Assembly (NCBI GenBank): GCA_964605525.1
Contig: CAZSCV010000004.1
Span: 38,667-102,666 of the forward strand
Length of the DNA: 64,000 nucleotides
Source of the DNA: an uncultured Bdellovibrionales bacterium
GTDB taxonomy: Bacteria > Patescibacteriota > Minisyncoccia > Moranbacterales > UBA9337
Reading direction: 5' to 3'
In this document: positions 9,201-22,356 of the stretch, in pieces
Layout of the letters: each line of letters starts with the position of its first letter
Position numbering within the stretch: the stretch's first letter is position 1
Program-made: the position numbers and the translations under genes
The notes under the pieces: generated by a model
Databases searched by the model: none
Seen by the model: only the letters and a program-made list of their open reading frames with translations
What the model was told of the DNA's origin: nothing

Positions 9201-10307
9201 CTAATAATTGAGCTTTTTGAAGTACATATTTACATCGCTGATCCATTTTCTCGCCGCTTCCTGTCCTCCGGTCGCATTGCAATCCGATCCGCATTTCCAA
9301 ATAACCATCTTTTCCGGAGTATTGAGTTTTTTGTTTTTTACGAGCCATTGGATTCTTTTGGCGACAGTATCCACCGCGTCTTTCCGGCTATTGAAACAAG
9401 TATGCCCTCCTGTTCCCATCAACTTTCTCTGCCCGCGATATCCCCAATAATTGTAGCAATCCTGCCCGTCTAAAACTGGCACTCTTTTTCCCCAATTGCT
9501 TTCTTTCTTGGCGATGCTAATGAGGAATGCCGCCACCGTACGATCCTGCTCCAAGATATATGGAAGCATTTTTTCAATCGGATACCCTTTTACCATTTCC
9601 TCTATTTCTTTTTCTGTTTTCTCTTTTTCGGCATTTTCCAGATAATCCACCATCTGGGAGATATATTGACTTTCTTTTTCTTCATTCCATTCATCTTCCT
9701 TTTCTTCTTTAGTTCCATTGCTGAGAACTTCCGCGGTTTCTTTTCGCGCCGCTTCTTCCTGCCAGGCTGCCTGCCGGGAAGAATCATTGCCATTTCCCCG
9801 CGCCGAAGCGCTCGAACCGAGATATTGGTAAATAAAAGACATCGTGAACATTCCCACCAAAATCGCCCCGATCAATGAAAAATTATATACTTTGACAAAT
9901 GAAAGATTGCCAAAAAAATTCTTGGACTGGCTTTTGATATTATCTTCCAAATCAAAATATCGCTGAACCAATCTCGCATATCGAGCGTACAAAGCGCCTT
10001 TCTGATTCGGTTGATAAGTCTTATACCGGCTTACGATTCGACTACTAAGCCCGTCAAAAATATTCGCTTTGGTGTTTAATTTTACTCCGAGTTTGAAAAG
10101 TTTTGCCTGCTTAGGGGTGATGTATAACCCGGAGTCTTCCGTGAAGAATTTCTGCGATATCCTCCCTTTGGAATACAACAATGAGTTGAATTCTTTGGAT
10201 TTTAAGGTTTCGAAAAACCGAATCACTCGAGGATCCGTCCCAACTCCATCCACTTTTCGAATTCCGCTTTTGTTATTTTTTGTTTTTCTGTAATTGCTCA
10301 TTATCAA
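9201..10307 (-). CDS. membrane-anchored GH73-like glucosaminidase-domain protein (paralog, longer N-terminus)
   Basis: C-terminal ~130 aa paralogous to 8356..9033 (IAKKESNWGKR…YNYWGYRGQ…WKCGSDC). Confidence 0.45.
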   Translation of the reverse strand: MIMSNYRKTKNNKSGIRKVDGVGTDPRVIRFFETLKSKEFNSLLYSKGRISQKFFTEDSGLYITPKQAKLFKLGVKLNTKANIFDGLSSRIVSRYKTYQPNQKGALYARYARLVQRYFDLEDNIKSQSKNFFGNLSFVKVYNFSLIGAILVGMFTMSFIYQYLGSSASARGNGNDSSRQAAWQEEAARKETAEVLSNGTKEEKEDEWNEEKESQYISQMVDYLENAEKEKTEKEIEEMVKGYPIEKMLPYILEQDRTVAAFLISIAKKESNWGKRVPVLDGQDCYNYWGYRGQRKLMGTGGHTCFNSRKDAVDTVAKRIQWLVKNKKLNTPEKMVIWKCGSDCNATGGQEAARKWISDVNMYFKKLNY

Positions 10308-10409
10308 CTATTATACAAAAAATTTCAAACAAAATCAAATAAAAAAAATTATTAAAAAAACGCCTTCCCAAAAAGGAAGGCGTTTGAACAAGATATATCT
10401 TTATTGGGA

Positions 10410-12422
<2,013 letters not shown>

Positions 12423-12791
12423 TTATCTTGTTAAAAAATACAATTCTATTATGAAAAATCCCGCCGCCAGCAACAGTCCATCCCACCAGATCAAAATTTG
12501 CAATCTTTGGAAAATAAGCAGAAAAATTACCAGCAAAGATAAGAGTATTCCTTGGCGCAAACTCATTCCCAAATGAACGAAAGCGTTTTCACCTCCGGAC
12601 GTCATTTTGCGCATCCAGGTGAAAAATAGGGTGAATATTCCCGCGAGTGTCAAAAACAAACTAACAAAAAACAAGCTCTGCCCGACAAAAATCGAGGTTT
12701 CTGGATCAATTCGCATAACAACAACCGCCAATGAGGCGGCTGAAATACCCACCAATGCCCTTAATCCCCAAAGATAAGATCTCAAGGTCAT
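12423..12791 (-). CDS. hypothetical membrane protein (4 TM)
   Basis: Hydrophobic segments; no recognised family. Confidence 0.45.
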   Translation of the reverse strand: MTLRSYLWGLRALVGISAASLAVVVMRIDPETSIFVGQSLFFVSLFLTLAGIFTLFFTWMRKMTSGGENAFVHLGMSLRQGILLSLLVIFLLIFQRLQILIWWDGLLLAAGFFIIELYFLTR

Positions 12792-12898
12792 ATTTTGCGC
12801 TTATTTACCTATTATCACCTCTCCATTTTAGCTCATTTCAAGCAAAAGCACAAGACAAAAAATTCAGCCTATTTGACAAAAGCACGGCATCGAAAAAA

Positions 12899-13927
12899 TT
12901 ATTTTTTTCTATTTTTCAAAAATTCCACTACTTTTTTCACGTCTTCGCTCTGTCCTTTTCTGGCGATCAAAATTGCGTCGCCGTCTTCAACCACGATCAA
13001 ATCGCTCACGCCTACCACCGCGATTCTTTTCCCTTGCGTACTGTGAATGAAAACATTCTCCGCGCCGACAACAACATTGCGGGATTTTTCCTGATTTCCT
13101 GCCAAAATTTCCGAAAGGCTGTCAAAAGATCCGATATCATTCCATTCAAAATCCCCTTCGAAAATTATCACTTTGTCTGATTTTTCCGAAACGGCATAAT
13201 CAATTGAAATAGACTCGAGTTTTTTGAATTTTTGCAAAAAATCCTTGTTGTTTCGCAAAATGGCGGCTTGGTATATTTTCGGCGCATATTTGGACAATTC
13301 CCCTAAAAAAGTTTTTGCATTAAAAATGTACATTCCGGAATTCCAAACATAATCCCCGGATTTGAGATATTTCTTGGCTCGAATTTTGTCCGGCTTCTCT
13401 TTGAATTTTTCCGCCCGGAAATAACCTTGTTCTTGCTTTCCTTTCTTGATATATCCATATCCAGTTTCCGGTCCGGTCGGCACAATACCGATAGTTCCGA
13501 CATTGTCCTTGGTATTTTCCATGGCCTTTTTCACTGTCTTCAAATATTCATTTTTATTGCCGATATAATGATCGGAGGGAAGCACAATAATCGGCTCGTC
13601 TTTGTTTATTTTACTTTTTTGGAGCAAATAGCGGACTGCGCCGGCAATCGCTGGAGCGGTATTGAGCTTTTCCGATTCCAGAATTATCTGCTCTTTTTTT
13701 ATTTCACTTTCAACCTGCTTGATTTGCTGGAAAACTTTTTCAGCAGACACTTTTCCATAAGTGCTGAAAAAAATATTCTCCGCCGGCATTATTTCCCGCA
13801 TCCGCAAAAAAGTTTCCTGCAGAAGGGATCTCTTGCTATACAAACTCAAAAATTGCTTCGGGGTTTTTTCTCGGCTGAGAGGCCAAAGCCTTGTTCCCGA
13901 TCCTCCGCACAAAATGATTGCATGCAT
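12899..13927 (-). CDS. mannose-1-phosphate guanylyltransferase (NTP-transferase domain)
   Basis: MHAIILCGGSGTRLWPLSREKTPKQF…; ManC/GMP family layout. Confidence 0.75.
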   Translation of the reverse strand: MHAIILCGGSGTRLWPLSREKTPKQFLSLYSKRSLLQETFLRMREIMPAENIFFSTYGKVSAEKVFQQIKQVESEIKKEQIILESEKLNTAPAIAGAVRYLLQKSKINKDEPIIVLPSDHYIGNKNEYLKTVKKAMENTKDNVGTIGIVPTGPETGYGYIKKGKQEQGYFRAEKFKEKPDKIRAKKYLKSGDYVWNSGMYIFNAKTFLGELSKYAPKIYQAAILRNNKDFLQKFKKLESISIDYAVSEKSDKVIIFEGDFEWNDIGSFDSLSEILAGNQEKSRNVVVGAENVFIHSTQGKRIAVVGVSDLIVVEDGDAILIARKGQSEDVKKVVEFLKNRKK

Positions 13928-13997
13928 ATTTTTTATTTTTTATGACTTGCCTAAAATGCGCAAATCTTGATTTTATTTTATTTAAAATTTATCCGAA

Positions 13998-14978
13998 TCA
14001 CAAATCGACTTTGCTCAAATTCTTTTTGAATTTCTCGAATATTCTCGGCCCTTGAGGCTGGGGAAGAAAAACCAGCGCTCCGCCGGAAGCCTCAATCAAA
14101 CTTCCCTTTTCTCCGGTTTTCGGATTATTCATTATTTTTTTCTTCTCTATTTCCCCCAAAAATTCTTCCAACCAATTCCAGTTGAACATTTTTTCCAAAA
14201 TCCTCCGCACCCTTGACGAAAGCCATCCATCTCTTATTATCATGTAATTTTCCGCTCTTGCCAAATAGTAATTCGGATGGAATCTTTTGATCCAGCTATT
14301 TTCAGCTTGAAATTTTTCAAAAATATTTCCGCTGTCAAAAACAGGAAACATAAAAAAATATTCATTGGCGGCAAACAAATCCTTATTGGTTATTTCCAAA
14401 GTTTTTTCAGTAATAAAATAATTCAAGCATAAGCGGTCCTTGATTTTTTTTCCATGCCTTCTTTTCCCCATCAAATGGGCAACTACAGTGAAAAACGTGC
14501 GCCCCATCCAAATTCTTCCGCTGCGCAAAACTACCAGCAAATCCCAATCGCTTTGAGCTTGGGCTGTTTTCATCGCCAGCCTTCCGGTTACTCCAATCAT
14601 TTTCACGAAAGGGACGAAACGCAAAAACCAAATGAATTTTCTCATTTTTTTGGTTTTCAAAATAGCCGTTTTGTTTCCTCGCAACCGCCTGTCGACAAGG
14701 CCGCTTCTTCCTTTTAAAAAATAAAAGCCACGGTCAAAATCAACCGCCCTTTTCAATTCTTCATCTTCTGTCTGTTCCACAATTTCCGCCAAACTTATGG
14801 AAGGTGAAGCGCCATCGCCGATATTGCAATAATCGGCATGAATCAAATATTTCCAGATTTCAAAAGATGTGAGCGGATAATTCAGGCAATCGTAATAACA
14901 GAGGGTAGCCAAAATATTTCTCGAGACTTGATTTTTCATATAACCTGCGAAAAGAATCGGGTTGCAAAATAAGTGCAA
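13998..14978 (-). CDS. hypothetical protein with a possible nucleotidyltransferase-fold motif
   Basis: GVTGRLAMKTAQAQSDWDLLVV resembles the G[ST]…[DE]xD signature of Pol-beta-type NTases; weak call. Confidence 0.35.
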   Translation of the reverse strand: MHLFCNPILFAGYMKNQVSRNILATLCYYDCLNYPLTSFEIWKYLIHADYCNIGDGASPSISLAEIVEQTEDEELKRAVDFDRGFYFLKGRSGLVDRRLRGNKTAILKTKKMRKFIWFLRFVPFVKMIGVTGRLAMKTAQAQSDWDLLVVLRSGRIWMGRTFFTVVAHLMGKRRHGKKIKDRLCLNYFITEKTLEITNKDLFAANEYFFMFPVFDSGNIFEKFQAENSWIKRFHPNYYLARAENYMIIRDGWLSSRVRRILEKMFNWNWLEEFLGEIEKKKIMNNPKTGEKGSLIEASGGALVFLPQPQGPRIFEKFKKNLSKVDL

Positions 14979-15022
14979 TACCCTTCCTTAAAAAAAGTAT
15001 AAAGTTTTTTGGCTTTTTATTT

Positions 15023-17890
15023 TTACAAATATCTTCCGGTCCAGCTTTTCTTGTCTTTTTCAAGTTTGTCCGGGGTTCCTTGAAAAACAATTTTTCCTCC
15101 ATTGTCTCCTCCGTCCGGACCGAGTTCAACCACCCAATCAGCATTGCGGATAACATCAATATTATGTTCAACAGCAATAACAGTATTTCCCTTATCCACC
15201 AAGGCGTCCAGAACTTGGAGCAATTTTTTCACATCCGCAAAATGCAATCCGATTGTCGGTTCATCCAAAATATACAACGTTTTCCCTGTTGATTTTCGCG
15301 CCAACTCCGTCGCCAATTTGATGCGCTGGGCTTCTCCTCCGGAAAGATTGGTAGCGCTCTGCCCCAGCTTCAAATACCCCAACCCCACTTCATCCATAGT
15401 TCTCAATTTTTCATAAATCAAAGGATAGCGCTTGAAAAAAACCATCGCATAACTCACGCTCATATCCAAAACCTCGGCAATATTCACTCCTTGATATTCA
15501 ATCTCAAGTGTTTTTTTGTTATATCTAGTTCCTCCACAAACCTCGCATTTGACATACATATCCGGAAGTAAATGCATTTCTATTTTTCTCATTCCGTCCC
15601 CCTGACAAACCTCGCAACGTCCACCTTTCATATTGAAACTGAAACGGCTGGAAGTATATCCGCGATTCTGCGATTCTTCCGTCTGCGCAAAGATTTCCCG
15701 GATGTGGGAAAACAGTCCGGTATAAGTAGCGGCATTTGACCGCGGAGTTCTTCCGATCGGACTCTGACTGATATTGATAACTTTGTTCACATTTTCAATT
15801 CCTTTCAATTCTTTGTGTTTTCCAACGCTCGCTCTTGCTCCGTAAAAATGCTTGGAAAGCGCCTTTGCCAAAATGTCATTCACCAAGGTCGATTTTCCGC
15901 TTCCGCTCACACCGCAAACTACCACGAATTTTTCCAGCGGAATTTTGACGCTGATATCTTTCAGATTGTGTTCGCAAGCCTTAATTATTTCAATATTATT
16001 CTTGTTTCCTACGCGGAATTTTTTCTTGTCGGAAACTTTCTTTTTTCCGGAAATATACAAAGCAGTGGAGGTTTTCGATTTTTTCAAACTTTCATAATCA
16101 CCTTGAAAAATAAGCTCCCCGCCTTCTTCTCCGGCGCCCGGTCCCATATCAATCACCCAATCGGCCTCTCGGATGAAATCACTGTCGTGCTCAACGACAA
16201 CCAGTGAATTTCCTTCATCCCTTAAGGATTTGATTGTTTTAATCAGTTTTTCCGTATCCCGGCTGTGCAATCCGATTGAGGGCTCATCCAAAACGTAAAT
16301 TATACCCATCAATTGGGATTTTATTTGCACTGCCAAGCGGATTCTTTGCGCTTCCCCCCCGGAAATAGTTTTGGTTCCCCGCGACAAACTCAAATATTCC
16401 AATCCCACATTTTCCAAAGCTACCAGCCTTTCAATTATTTCCTTTATTAAAACCGCGGAAATTTCCTTATTGCGAATACTTTTATTTTTTTCTAAAAATT
16501 TTTGCAAATATTCTTTCAGATTGGATATGCTCATACTCGCAAAATCATCAATGGATTTTCCATCTATCAGCACATTGAGATATTCCTTTTTCAAACGTTT
16601 TCCCTGGCAAGAAGAACAAACTTTGGCAACCATATATTTCTCAATCTCATTGCGGACATAATCCGAATTTGTTTCCAAATATCTTCCTTCCAGAATAGGA
16701 ATTACTCCCCGGAACCTTTCAACTGATTTATGCGCGCCATCCAATTTGTTTTCCGGTCTGGCTTGGCTCAAATCACTTCCTGATTCTCCCCGCAAAATAA
16801 TATTCAGGTTCTGCACAGAAAGCTTTCCAATCGGAACATTAAGAGAAAATCTGTGTTTCCTGGCCAAATCACTCACCATTGTCCCGTATCCGTTTTCTCC
16901 CATCCTTCCTCCGGCCTTGCTCCACGGGCGGATCGCTCCTTCTGCCAAGGAAAGTTTTTTATTTGGAATAATCAAATCCGGATCAATTTCCATCTTTATA
17001 CCCAAACCGCTGCAATCGCAACAAGCTCCTTCCGGGTTATTAAAAGAAAAATGGCGCGGATTGATTTCTTTTATTTTTGTCTGGCAATTCTGGCAAATAT
17101 ATTCTTGATTGTATTGCAATTCTTTTTCTTGATTTACCAATATAATCATTGAGCCGTCTCCCAATTTCAAAGCTGTTTCAATTGAATCGGAAATCCGTTC
17201 CTCATCCAAATTCTTCTTGTTCAATTCAATCCGGTCAACCACAATATCCACATCGATAGACATTTTTTCCGTAACAATCATAAGCGCCTCGCTCACTGAT
17301 TTTATTTTGTTCTCAAATCTTACCCGGGCATATCCCAATTGCTGGATTTGGCGCAAAACATCCCTTGGGTTTTTTTCCTTTCCTCCATAACGAGAAAGAA
17401 TGGCAATTTGCGTTCCGGAAGGATAAGAAGACACTTCCGCAAGTATTTCTCTTTTTTCTTTTTTCTCCATCAAAACTCCGCATTGCAAACAATGCGGGTC
17501 GCCAACTTTGGCAAATAAAATTCGCAAATAATCATATATTTCCGTAAGGGTTCCAACTGTCGAGCGCGGACTGCGCACCACGCTTTTTTGATCAATGGAA
17601 ATTGTCGGACTGAGATTTTCAATCTTATCCACATCCGGCTTGGAGGACACATCCAAAAAATTGCGCGCGTAAGAAGAAAGCCCTTCCATATACCGGCGAT
17701 TTCCTTCGGCATAAATCGTATCAAACGCCAAGGAAGATTTTCCAGATCCGGAAAGCCCTGTAATAACAACGAATTTGTCGCGCGGAATATCAACGTCGAT
17801 ATTGCGCAAATTATTAACTTTGGCTCCCCGAACAATAATATGGCTTTTATCTTTTTTATTTTCTTTGGAGAGATTTTTCTTTCCGGACAT
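15023..17890 (-). CDS. uvrA: excinuclease ABC subunit A, divergent paralog (UvrA-like 1)
   Basis: Two ABC ATPase modules ([14 protein letters not shown]… and [14 protein letters not shown]…), zinc-finger Cys pairs; 955 aa. Confidence 0.9.
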   Translation of the reverse strand: MSGKKNLSKENKKDKSHIIVRGAKVNNLRNIDVDIPRDKFVVITGLSGSGKSSLAFDTIYAEGNRRYMEGLSSYARNFLDVSSKPDVDKIENLSPTISIDQKSVVRSPRSTVGTLTEIYDYLRILFAKVGDPHCLQCGVLMEKKEKREILAEVSSYPSGTQIAILSRYGGKEKNPRDVLRQIQQLGYARVRFENKIKSVSEALMIVTEKMSIDVDIVVDRIELNKKNLDEERISDSIETALKLGDGSMIILVNQEKELQYNQEYICQNCQTKIKEINPRHFSFNNPEGACCDCSGLGIKMEIDPDLIIPNKKLSLAEGAIRPWSKAGGRMGENGYGTMVSDLARKHRFSLNVPIGKLSVQNLNIILRGESGSDLSQARPENKLDGAHKSVERFRGVIPILEGRYLETNSDYVRNEIEKYMVAKVCSSCQGKRLKKEYLNVLIDGKSIDDFASMSISNLKEYLQKFLEKNKSIRNKEISAVLIKEIIERLVALENVGLEYLSLSRGTKTISGGEAQRIRLAVQIKSQLMGIIYVLDEPSIGLHSRDTEKLIKTIKSLRDEGNSLVVVEHDSDFIREADWVIDMGPGAGEEGGELIFQGDYESLKKSKTSTALYISGKKKVSDKKKFRVGNKNNIEIIKACEHNLKDISVKIPLEKFVVVCGVSGSGKSTLVNDILAKALSKHFYGARASVGKHKELKGIENVNKVINISQSPIGRTPRSNAATYTGLFSHIREIFAQTEESQNRGYTSSRFSFNMKGGRCEVCQGDGMRKIEMHLLPDMYVKCEVCGGTRYNKKTLEIEYQGVNIAEVLDMSVSYAMVFFKRYPLIYEKLRTMDEVGLGYLKLGQSATNLSGGEAQRIKLATELARKSTGKTLYILDEPTIGLHFADVKKLLQVLDALVDKGNTVIAVEHNIDVIRNADWVVELGPDGGDNGGKIVFQGTPDKLEKDKKSWTGRYL

Positions 17891-17993
17891 AATTTCTTTT
17901 GATTTTTAAAAAGTTATTTTGCTAATTACAAATTGTAGCGCAGAAATTTGAATATGTAAAGAGAGCCCCGCCAAAAGGAATTGCCACTAAAAA

Positions 17994-18016
17994 ATGCGCG
18001 GAAGGCGCGCAAATTT
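17994..18016 (-). terminator. rho-independent terminator after uvrC
   Basis: Minus-strand gcgcgccttccgcgc hairpin followed by a T-run. Confidence 0.5.
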
Positions 18017-18031
18017 TGCAATAATATTGTT

Positions 18032-19345
18032 TTATTTCAAAAATTCCCTACCTCTCACCTTGCGATGGTAAGAAATCGCAAACCGGTGCGCCTCGTCGGT
18101 TATTCTTTTGATTAAATTTCTGTCATTTAATATCTCCACAAATTGATTTCGAAATCTGGATTTGGAAATTGGAAATTGTTTAGAAATTAAAAATTGGAAA
18201 TTAGAAATTTTTCTGGTCGGTCCTTTTGCCACCGCCACAATCGGAATATCAATCACCAGCTCTTTCCATAATTTTTCCGCCATATTCAAATGCCCGATGC
18301 CTCCGTCAAGAAAAACCAGATCGGGTTTCTGCCAATTGTTTTTGAATCTTCTAATCAAAATTTCCCTCATCATCCCCACATCATCCGCGCCTGCAATGGT
18401 TTTTATTTTAAATTTTCGATACTGCGATTTATCCGGCTCAAATTTTCCGGAATTATCATCAAACACAATCATTGAACCGACCGCATGCTCTCCGGAAATA
18501 TTAGAAATGTCGTACGCCTCAATTCGAATTAATTTTGAATTTATCTGGAAATTATCTTCTCTTTCAGAGACAAGAGCGATATCCTGAATATGCCTTAATG
18601 CAAATATTTTTCTTTTTATTCCGCCGGCTTTTTCAAATTCTTCTTTCTTTGAAAACTCCGCCATTTCCTTTTCCATTTTTTTTATCAAACTTTTCCTTTT
18701 CCCCTCCAAAATCATCCTGATTCCCCGGATATTTTTCGCGTAATCTTTTTTTGAAATTTTACCCGCATACGGTCCGGGGCACATTCCGATTTGAAAATCC
18801 AAGCATCCCTTTTCCGTTTTCTGCTTATTTGAATGAAAGGGAAAGATTCTCCGGATTATTTTAAGCGCGATTTCCATTTGTTTTTTGCTCGTATACGGAC
18901 CATAAACAGCTTTCGGTTCCATTAGATTTTTGGCTTTTAAGCTTTTTGAATTCAAATCGGTTTTGCGAAAAATCATAATACTGGGAAATAATTCTCGGGT
19001 AATAACAATATAGCAAAATGACTTGTCGTCTTTTCCCAGCACATTATATTTCGGCTGGTGTTTTTTTATCAGGTTGGCTTCCAAAATTAAAGCATCCAAA
19101 ACCGATTCAGTTTCGATTATTTTTACATTAGAAACCTGATGAATCATCTCCTCAATCGGTCTCAGACCTCCCCCTCTCCCCCCGGGAGAGGGTTGGGGTG
19201 AGGGAACAAAATACGACCCTACTCTACTTTTCAAACTAGTGGCTTTGCCGATATATATTATCTTTTTTTTCGCATCAAAAAAAACATACACCCCCGGCGC
19301 ATCAGGAAAATTTTTTATTTTATTTTTGAGCATTGGCGAGTTCAC
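18032..19345 (-). CDS. uvrC: excinuclease ABC subunit C (short form without C-terminal HhH)
   Basis: GIY-YIG N-terminus (GVYVFFDAKKKIIYIGKATSLKSRV), UvrB-interaction region, RNase H-like endonuclease domain; 437 aa. Carries an in-frame GC-rich insertion (PSPQPSPGGRGGGLRP). Confidence 0.85.
   Translation of the reverse strand: MNSPMLKNKIKNFPDAPGVYVFFDAKKKIIYIGKATSLKSRVGSYFVPSPQPSPGGRGGGLRPIEEMIHQVSNVKIIETESVLDALILEANLIKKHQPKYNVLGKDDKSFCYIVITRELFPSIMIFRKTDLNSKSLKAKNLMEPKAVYGPYTSKKQMEIALKIIRRIFPFHSNKQKTEKGCLDFQIGMCPGPYAGKISKKDYAKNIRGIRMILEGKRKSLIKKMEKEMAEFSKKEEFEKAGGIKRKIFALRHIQDIALVSEREDNFQINSKLIRIEAYDISNISGEHAVGSMIVFDDNSGKFEPDKSQYRKFKIKTIAGADDVGMMREILIRRFKNNWQKPDLVFLDGGIGHLNMAEKLWKELVIDIPIVAVAKGPTRKISNFQFLISKQFPISKSRFRNQFVEILNDRNLIKRITDEAHRFAISYHRKVRGREFLK
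19166..19205. repeat. GC-rich palindromic mini-element, copy 2, in frame inside uvrC
   Basis: cctccccctctccccCCGGGagagggttggggtgagg; hairpin arms ctctcccc/gggagag; ~70% identical to copy 1 at 294-330. Confidence 0.5.
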
Positions 19346-19360
19346 AATATGTTCCTTAAT

Positions 19361-22240
19361 TTATTTTTTCCGCAACGCTTCGCGCAAGTATTTTCCGGTA
19401 TAGCTTTCTTTGTGCCATTTGGCGACTTCTTCCGGGGTGCCGGCAACCACCAGCTTTCCTCCGCCATCGCCGCCTTCCGGTCCCAAATCGATTATCCAAT
19501 CGGCAGACTTGATCACATCCATATTATGCTCAATAACAACCACCGTATTTCCCGCATCCACCAATCGATTAAGCACATCCAGCAATTTTTTGATATCTTC
19601 AAAATGAAGTCCGGTTGTCGGTTCATCCAAAATATACATCGTATTTCCTGTGGCGCGCCGGGAAAGTTCACTGGCAAGCTTGATTCTTTGCGCCTCTCCG
19701 CCGGAAAGCGTCGTTGCATTCTGCCCCAATTCAATATATCCCAATCCGACTTCCTCCAAAACTTTGAGTGGATCATGAATTTGCGGATAACTCTCGAAAA
19801 ATTCCTTCGCCTCGGAAACTGTCATCGCCAAAACATCGGAAATATTTTTTCCTTTATATTTTACTTGCAACGTTTCCCTGTTATACCTTTTTCCCTTGCA
19901 AACATCGCAAGGCAAATACACATCCGGCATAAATTGCATTTCAATTTTCAAAAATCCTTCTCCTTGGCAATTGTCGCACCTGCCTCCGGCAACATTGAAA
20001 GAAAATCTTCCCATGCCATAACCTTTCTCCCGCGCATCTTTGGTGGCGGAAAAAAGCTGGCGAATCGGAGTAAACAGTCCGGTATATGTCGCAGGATTTG
20101 ACCGCGGCGTGCGTCCGATCGGCGACTGGTCAATCATAATCACTTTGTTAATATTTTCCAGTCCGACAATTTCCTTGTGCTTTCCCGGCACTTCCAGAGA
20201 ACGGTGCAACTTATTCGCCAAGGATTTGTACAAAGTTTCTTCCACTAAAGTCGATTTTCCGCTTCCGGAAACACCCGTCACGCAAACAAAACTCTTAAGA
20301 GGAAATTGCACATTTATGTTTTTCAAATTGTGGCTCGAAGCTCCACGCACAATCAAAGCCTTCTTGTTTTTCATCGACCGGCGCGAATCAGGAACTGCGA
20401 TTTCCATTTCCCCGCTCAAATATTTTCCTGTTATGGAATTTTTATTTTTCATTACTTGTTCAGGAGTTCCTATGGCCACGATTTCTCCGCCATGCTTTCC
20501 CGCTCCCGGTCCGATATCCACCAAAAAATCCGCTTCGCGCATTGTTTCTTCGTCATGTTCAATTGCAATCACGGTGTTTCCGATATCCCGCAAATGTTTC
20601 AGCGTTTCCAAAAGTTTCCGGTTGTCCCGCGCGTGCAATCCAATTGACGGCTCATCCAGGATATACAAAACACCAACCAGTTGCGAACCAACCTGCGAAG
20701 CCAGACGGATTCTTTGCGATTCCCCGCCGGAAAGAGTAAACGCGGTCCGATGCAAGGAGATATAATTCAATCCCACATCGCTGAGAAATTTCAAGCGATT
20801 AATAATTTCTTTGACAATTCTTCCGGCAATCAATTCTTCCTGATGGTTCAATTTCAATTTCCGAAAAAAATCCAGACAATTATCAATACTTATCTGCGAC
20901 ACTTCCACGATATTTTTCCCGCCAGCCGTTACCAGTAAAACCTCTTTTCGATAACGGCTTCCTCCGCAAGTCGAGCAAGGCTTTTGGGACATATATTTTT
21001 CAATATCATTTCGCACCGCATCAGAAGCTGTTTTTTGATAACGATCTTCGAGCCAGCCGGAAACGCCTTTCCAATCCAAATGAAAACTTCTCGTCCCGCC
21101 GCGAAAATGATATTTTACATCAATCAATTCTCCGCCCTCTTTCCCGTAAAGAAGCAGATCGAGATATTTTTTCGACAAATCGCGCAAACGTTTGTTATCG
21201 GGAATATGGTAAAAATTAGTCACGGCGCGAATAACCGTCCCCTGGTAATTATTCGGCTTGTAGCTCCAAGGAAGAACTCCGCCTTCATTAATGGTTTTGT
21301 TTTCATCCGGGATAATCAAATTTGTGTCGATTTCCTTTTTTACTCCCAGTCCTTCACAAGCACTGCATGCTCCGAAGGGAGAATTGAAGGAAAAAAGCCT
21401 CGGTTCCAGCGGAGGAAATTCAATTTCATGAACAGGACAGGAAAGATTTTGATTAAAAACGACCTCCCCTTTCTTTCCCATTTCTCCCTTTTCATTCCTT
21501 TTTCCTCTTTCTTCTTTTTCATCCAATTTTATTTTCACCAGCCCTTCCGATAATTTCAACGCCCTTTCCACGCCTTCAAAAATTCGAGAAATATTTTTTT
21601 CTCCAATTTCCACTTCATCGATAATAACATCTAAAAAATGTTTCTTATTTTTTTCCAATTCAATTTCCTTCCATTTTTCCAAAGAAATTTTTTTTCCGTC
21701 AATATATGCTTTCGAAAGTCCCATTTTCCACAAATTTTCCAAAAGCGCTGAATATTCCCCCTTTCGTCCCCGCACTATCGGAGAGATAATTTTTATTTCT
21801 TTTTTTTCTCCCAAATCCAAAATTCGATCAACGATTTCATCCGTTGAAAGGCGTTTTATTTCCCGACCGCAAATCGGACAGTGCGGCATTCCGATTTTCG
21901 AATACAGCAAGCGCAAATAATCATGAATTTCCGTAATCGTTCCGACTGTCGAACGCGGATTGTGAGAGACTGATTTCTGGTCAATGGAAATTGTCGGCGA
22001 AAGCCCTTCGATATGATCCACATCCGGCTTATCCATCTGTCCCAAAAACTGGCGTGCATAAGATGACAAGCTTTCCAAATACCTTCTTTGCCCTTCAGCA
22101 AAAAGCGTATCAAAGGCCAAAGTACTTTTTCCTGATCCGCTTATTCCCGTAAAAACAATCAGCTTGTCGCGGGGAATATCAAGGTCGATGTTTTTCAAAT
22201 TATGCTCCCTTGCTCCGCGAATTGTTATTTTTTTGTCCAT
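19361..22240 (-). CDS. uvrA: excinuclease ABC subunit A (canonical-like UvrA)
   Basis: [54 protein letters not shown]… closely parallels canonical UvrA; 959 aa. Confidence 0.95.
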   Translation of the reverse strand: MDKKITIRGAREHNLKNIDLDIPRDKLIVFTGISGSGKSTLAFDTLFAEGQRRYLESLSSYARQFLGQMDKPDVDHIEGLSPTISIDQKSVSHNPRSTVGTITEIHDYLRLLYSKIGMPHCPICGREIKRLSTDEIVDRILDLGEKKEIKIISPIVRGRKGEYSALLENLWKMGLSKAYIDGKKISLEKWKEIELEKNKKHFLDVIIDEVEIGEKNISRIFEGVERALKLSEGLVKIKLDEKEERGKRNEKGEMGKKGEVVFNQNLSCPVHEIEFPPLEPRLFSFNSPFGACSACEGLGVKKEIDTNLIIPDENKTINEGGVLPWSYKPNNYQGTVIRAVTNFYHIPDNKRLRDLSKKYLDLLLYGKEGGELIDVKYHFRGGTRSFHLDWKGVSGWLEDRYQKTASDAVRNDIEKYMSQKPCSTCGGSRYRKEVLLVTAGGKNIVEVSQISIDNCLDFFRKLKLNHQEELIAGRIVKEIINRLKFLSDVGLNYISLHRTAFTLSGGESQRIRLASQVGSQLVGVLYILDEPSIGLHARDNRKLLETLKHLRDIGNTVIAIEHDEETMREADFLVDIGPGAGKHGGEIVAIGTPEQVMKNKNSITGKYLSGEMEIAVPDSRRSMKNKKALIVRGASSHNLKNINVQFPLKSFVCVTGVSGSGKSTLVEETLYKSLANKLHRSLEVPGKHKEIVGLENINKVIMIDQSPIGRTPRSNPATYTGLFTPIRQLFSATKDAREKGYGMGRFSFNVAGGRCDNCQGEGFLKIEMQFMPDVYLPCDVCKGKRYNRETLQVKYKGKNISDVLAMTVSEAKEFFESYPQIHDPLKVLEEVGLGYIELGQNATTLSGGEAQRIKLASELSRRATGNTMYILDEPTTGLHFEDIKKLLDVLNRLVDAGNTVVVIEHNMDVIKSADWIIDLGPEGGDGGGKLVVAGTPEEVAKWHKESYTGKYLREALRKK

Positions 22241-22356
22241 ATTTTTTTAATTTGTCTGCATATTTCATTACCCAGAGATAATACATCATATCATCAAATT
22301 TTATTTCCATCAACCCAAACAAAAAACAGGCAAGAAAGCCTGTTTTTGTTATCCGC

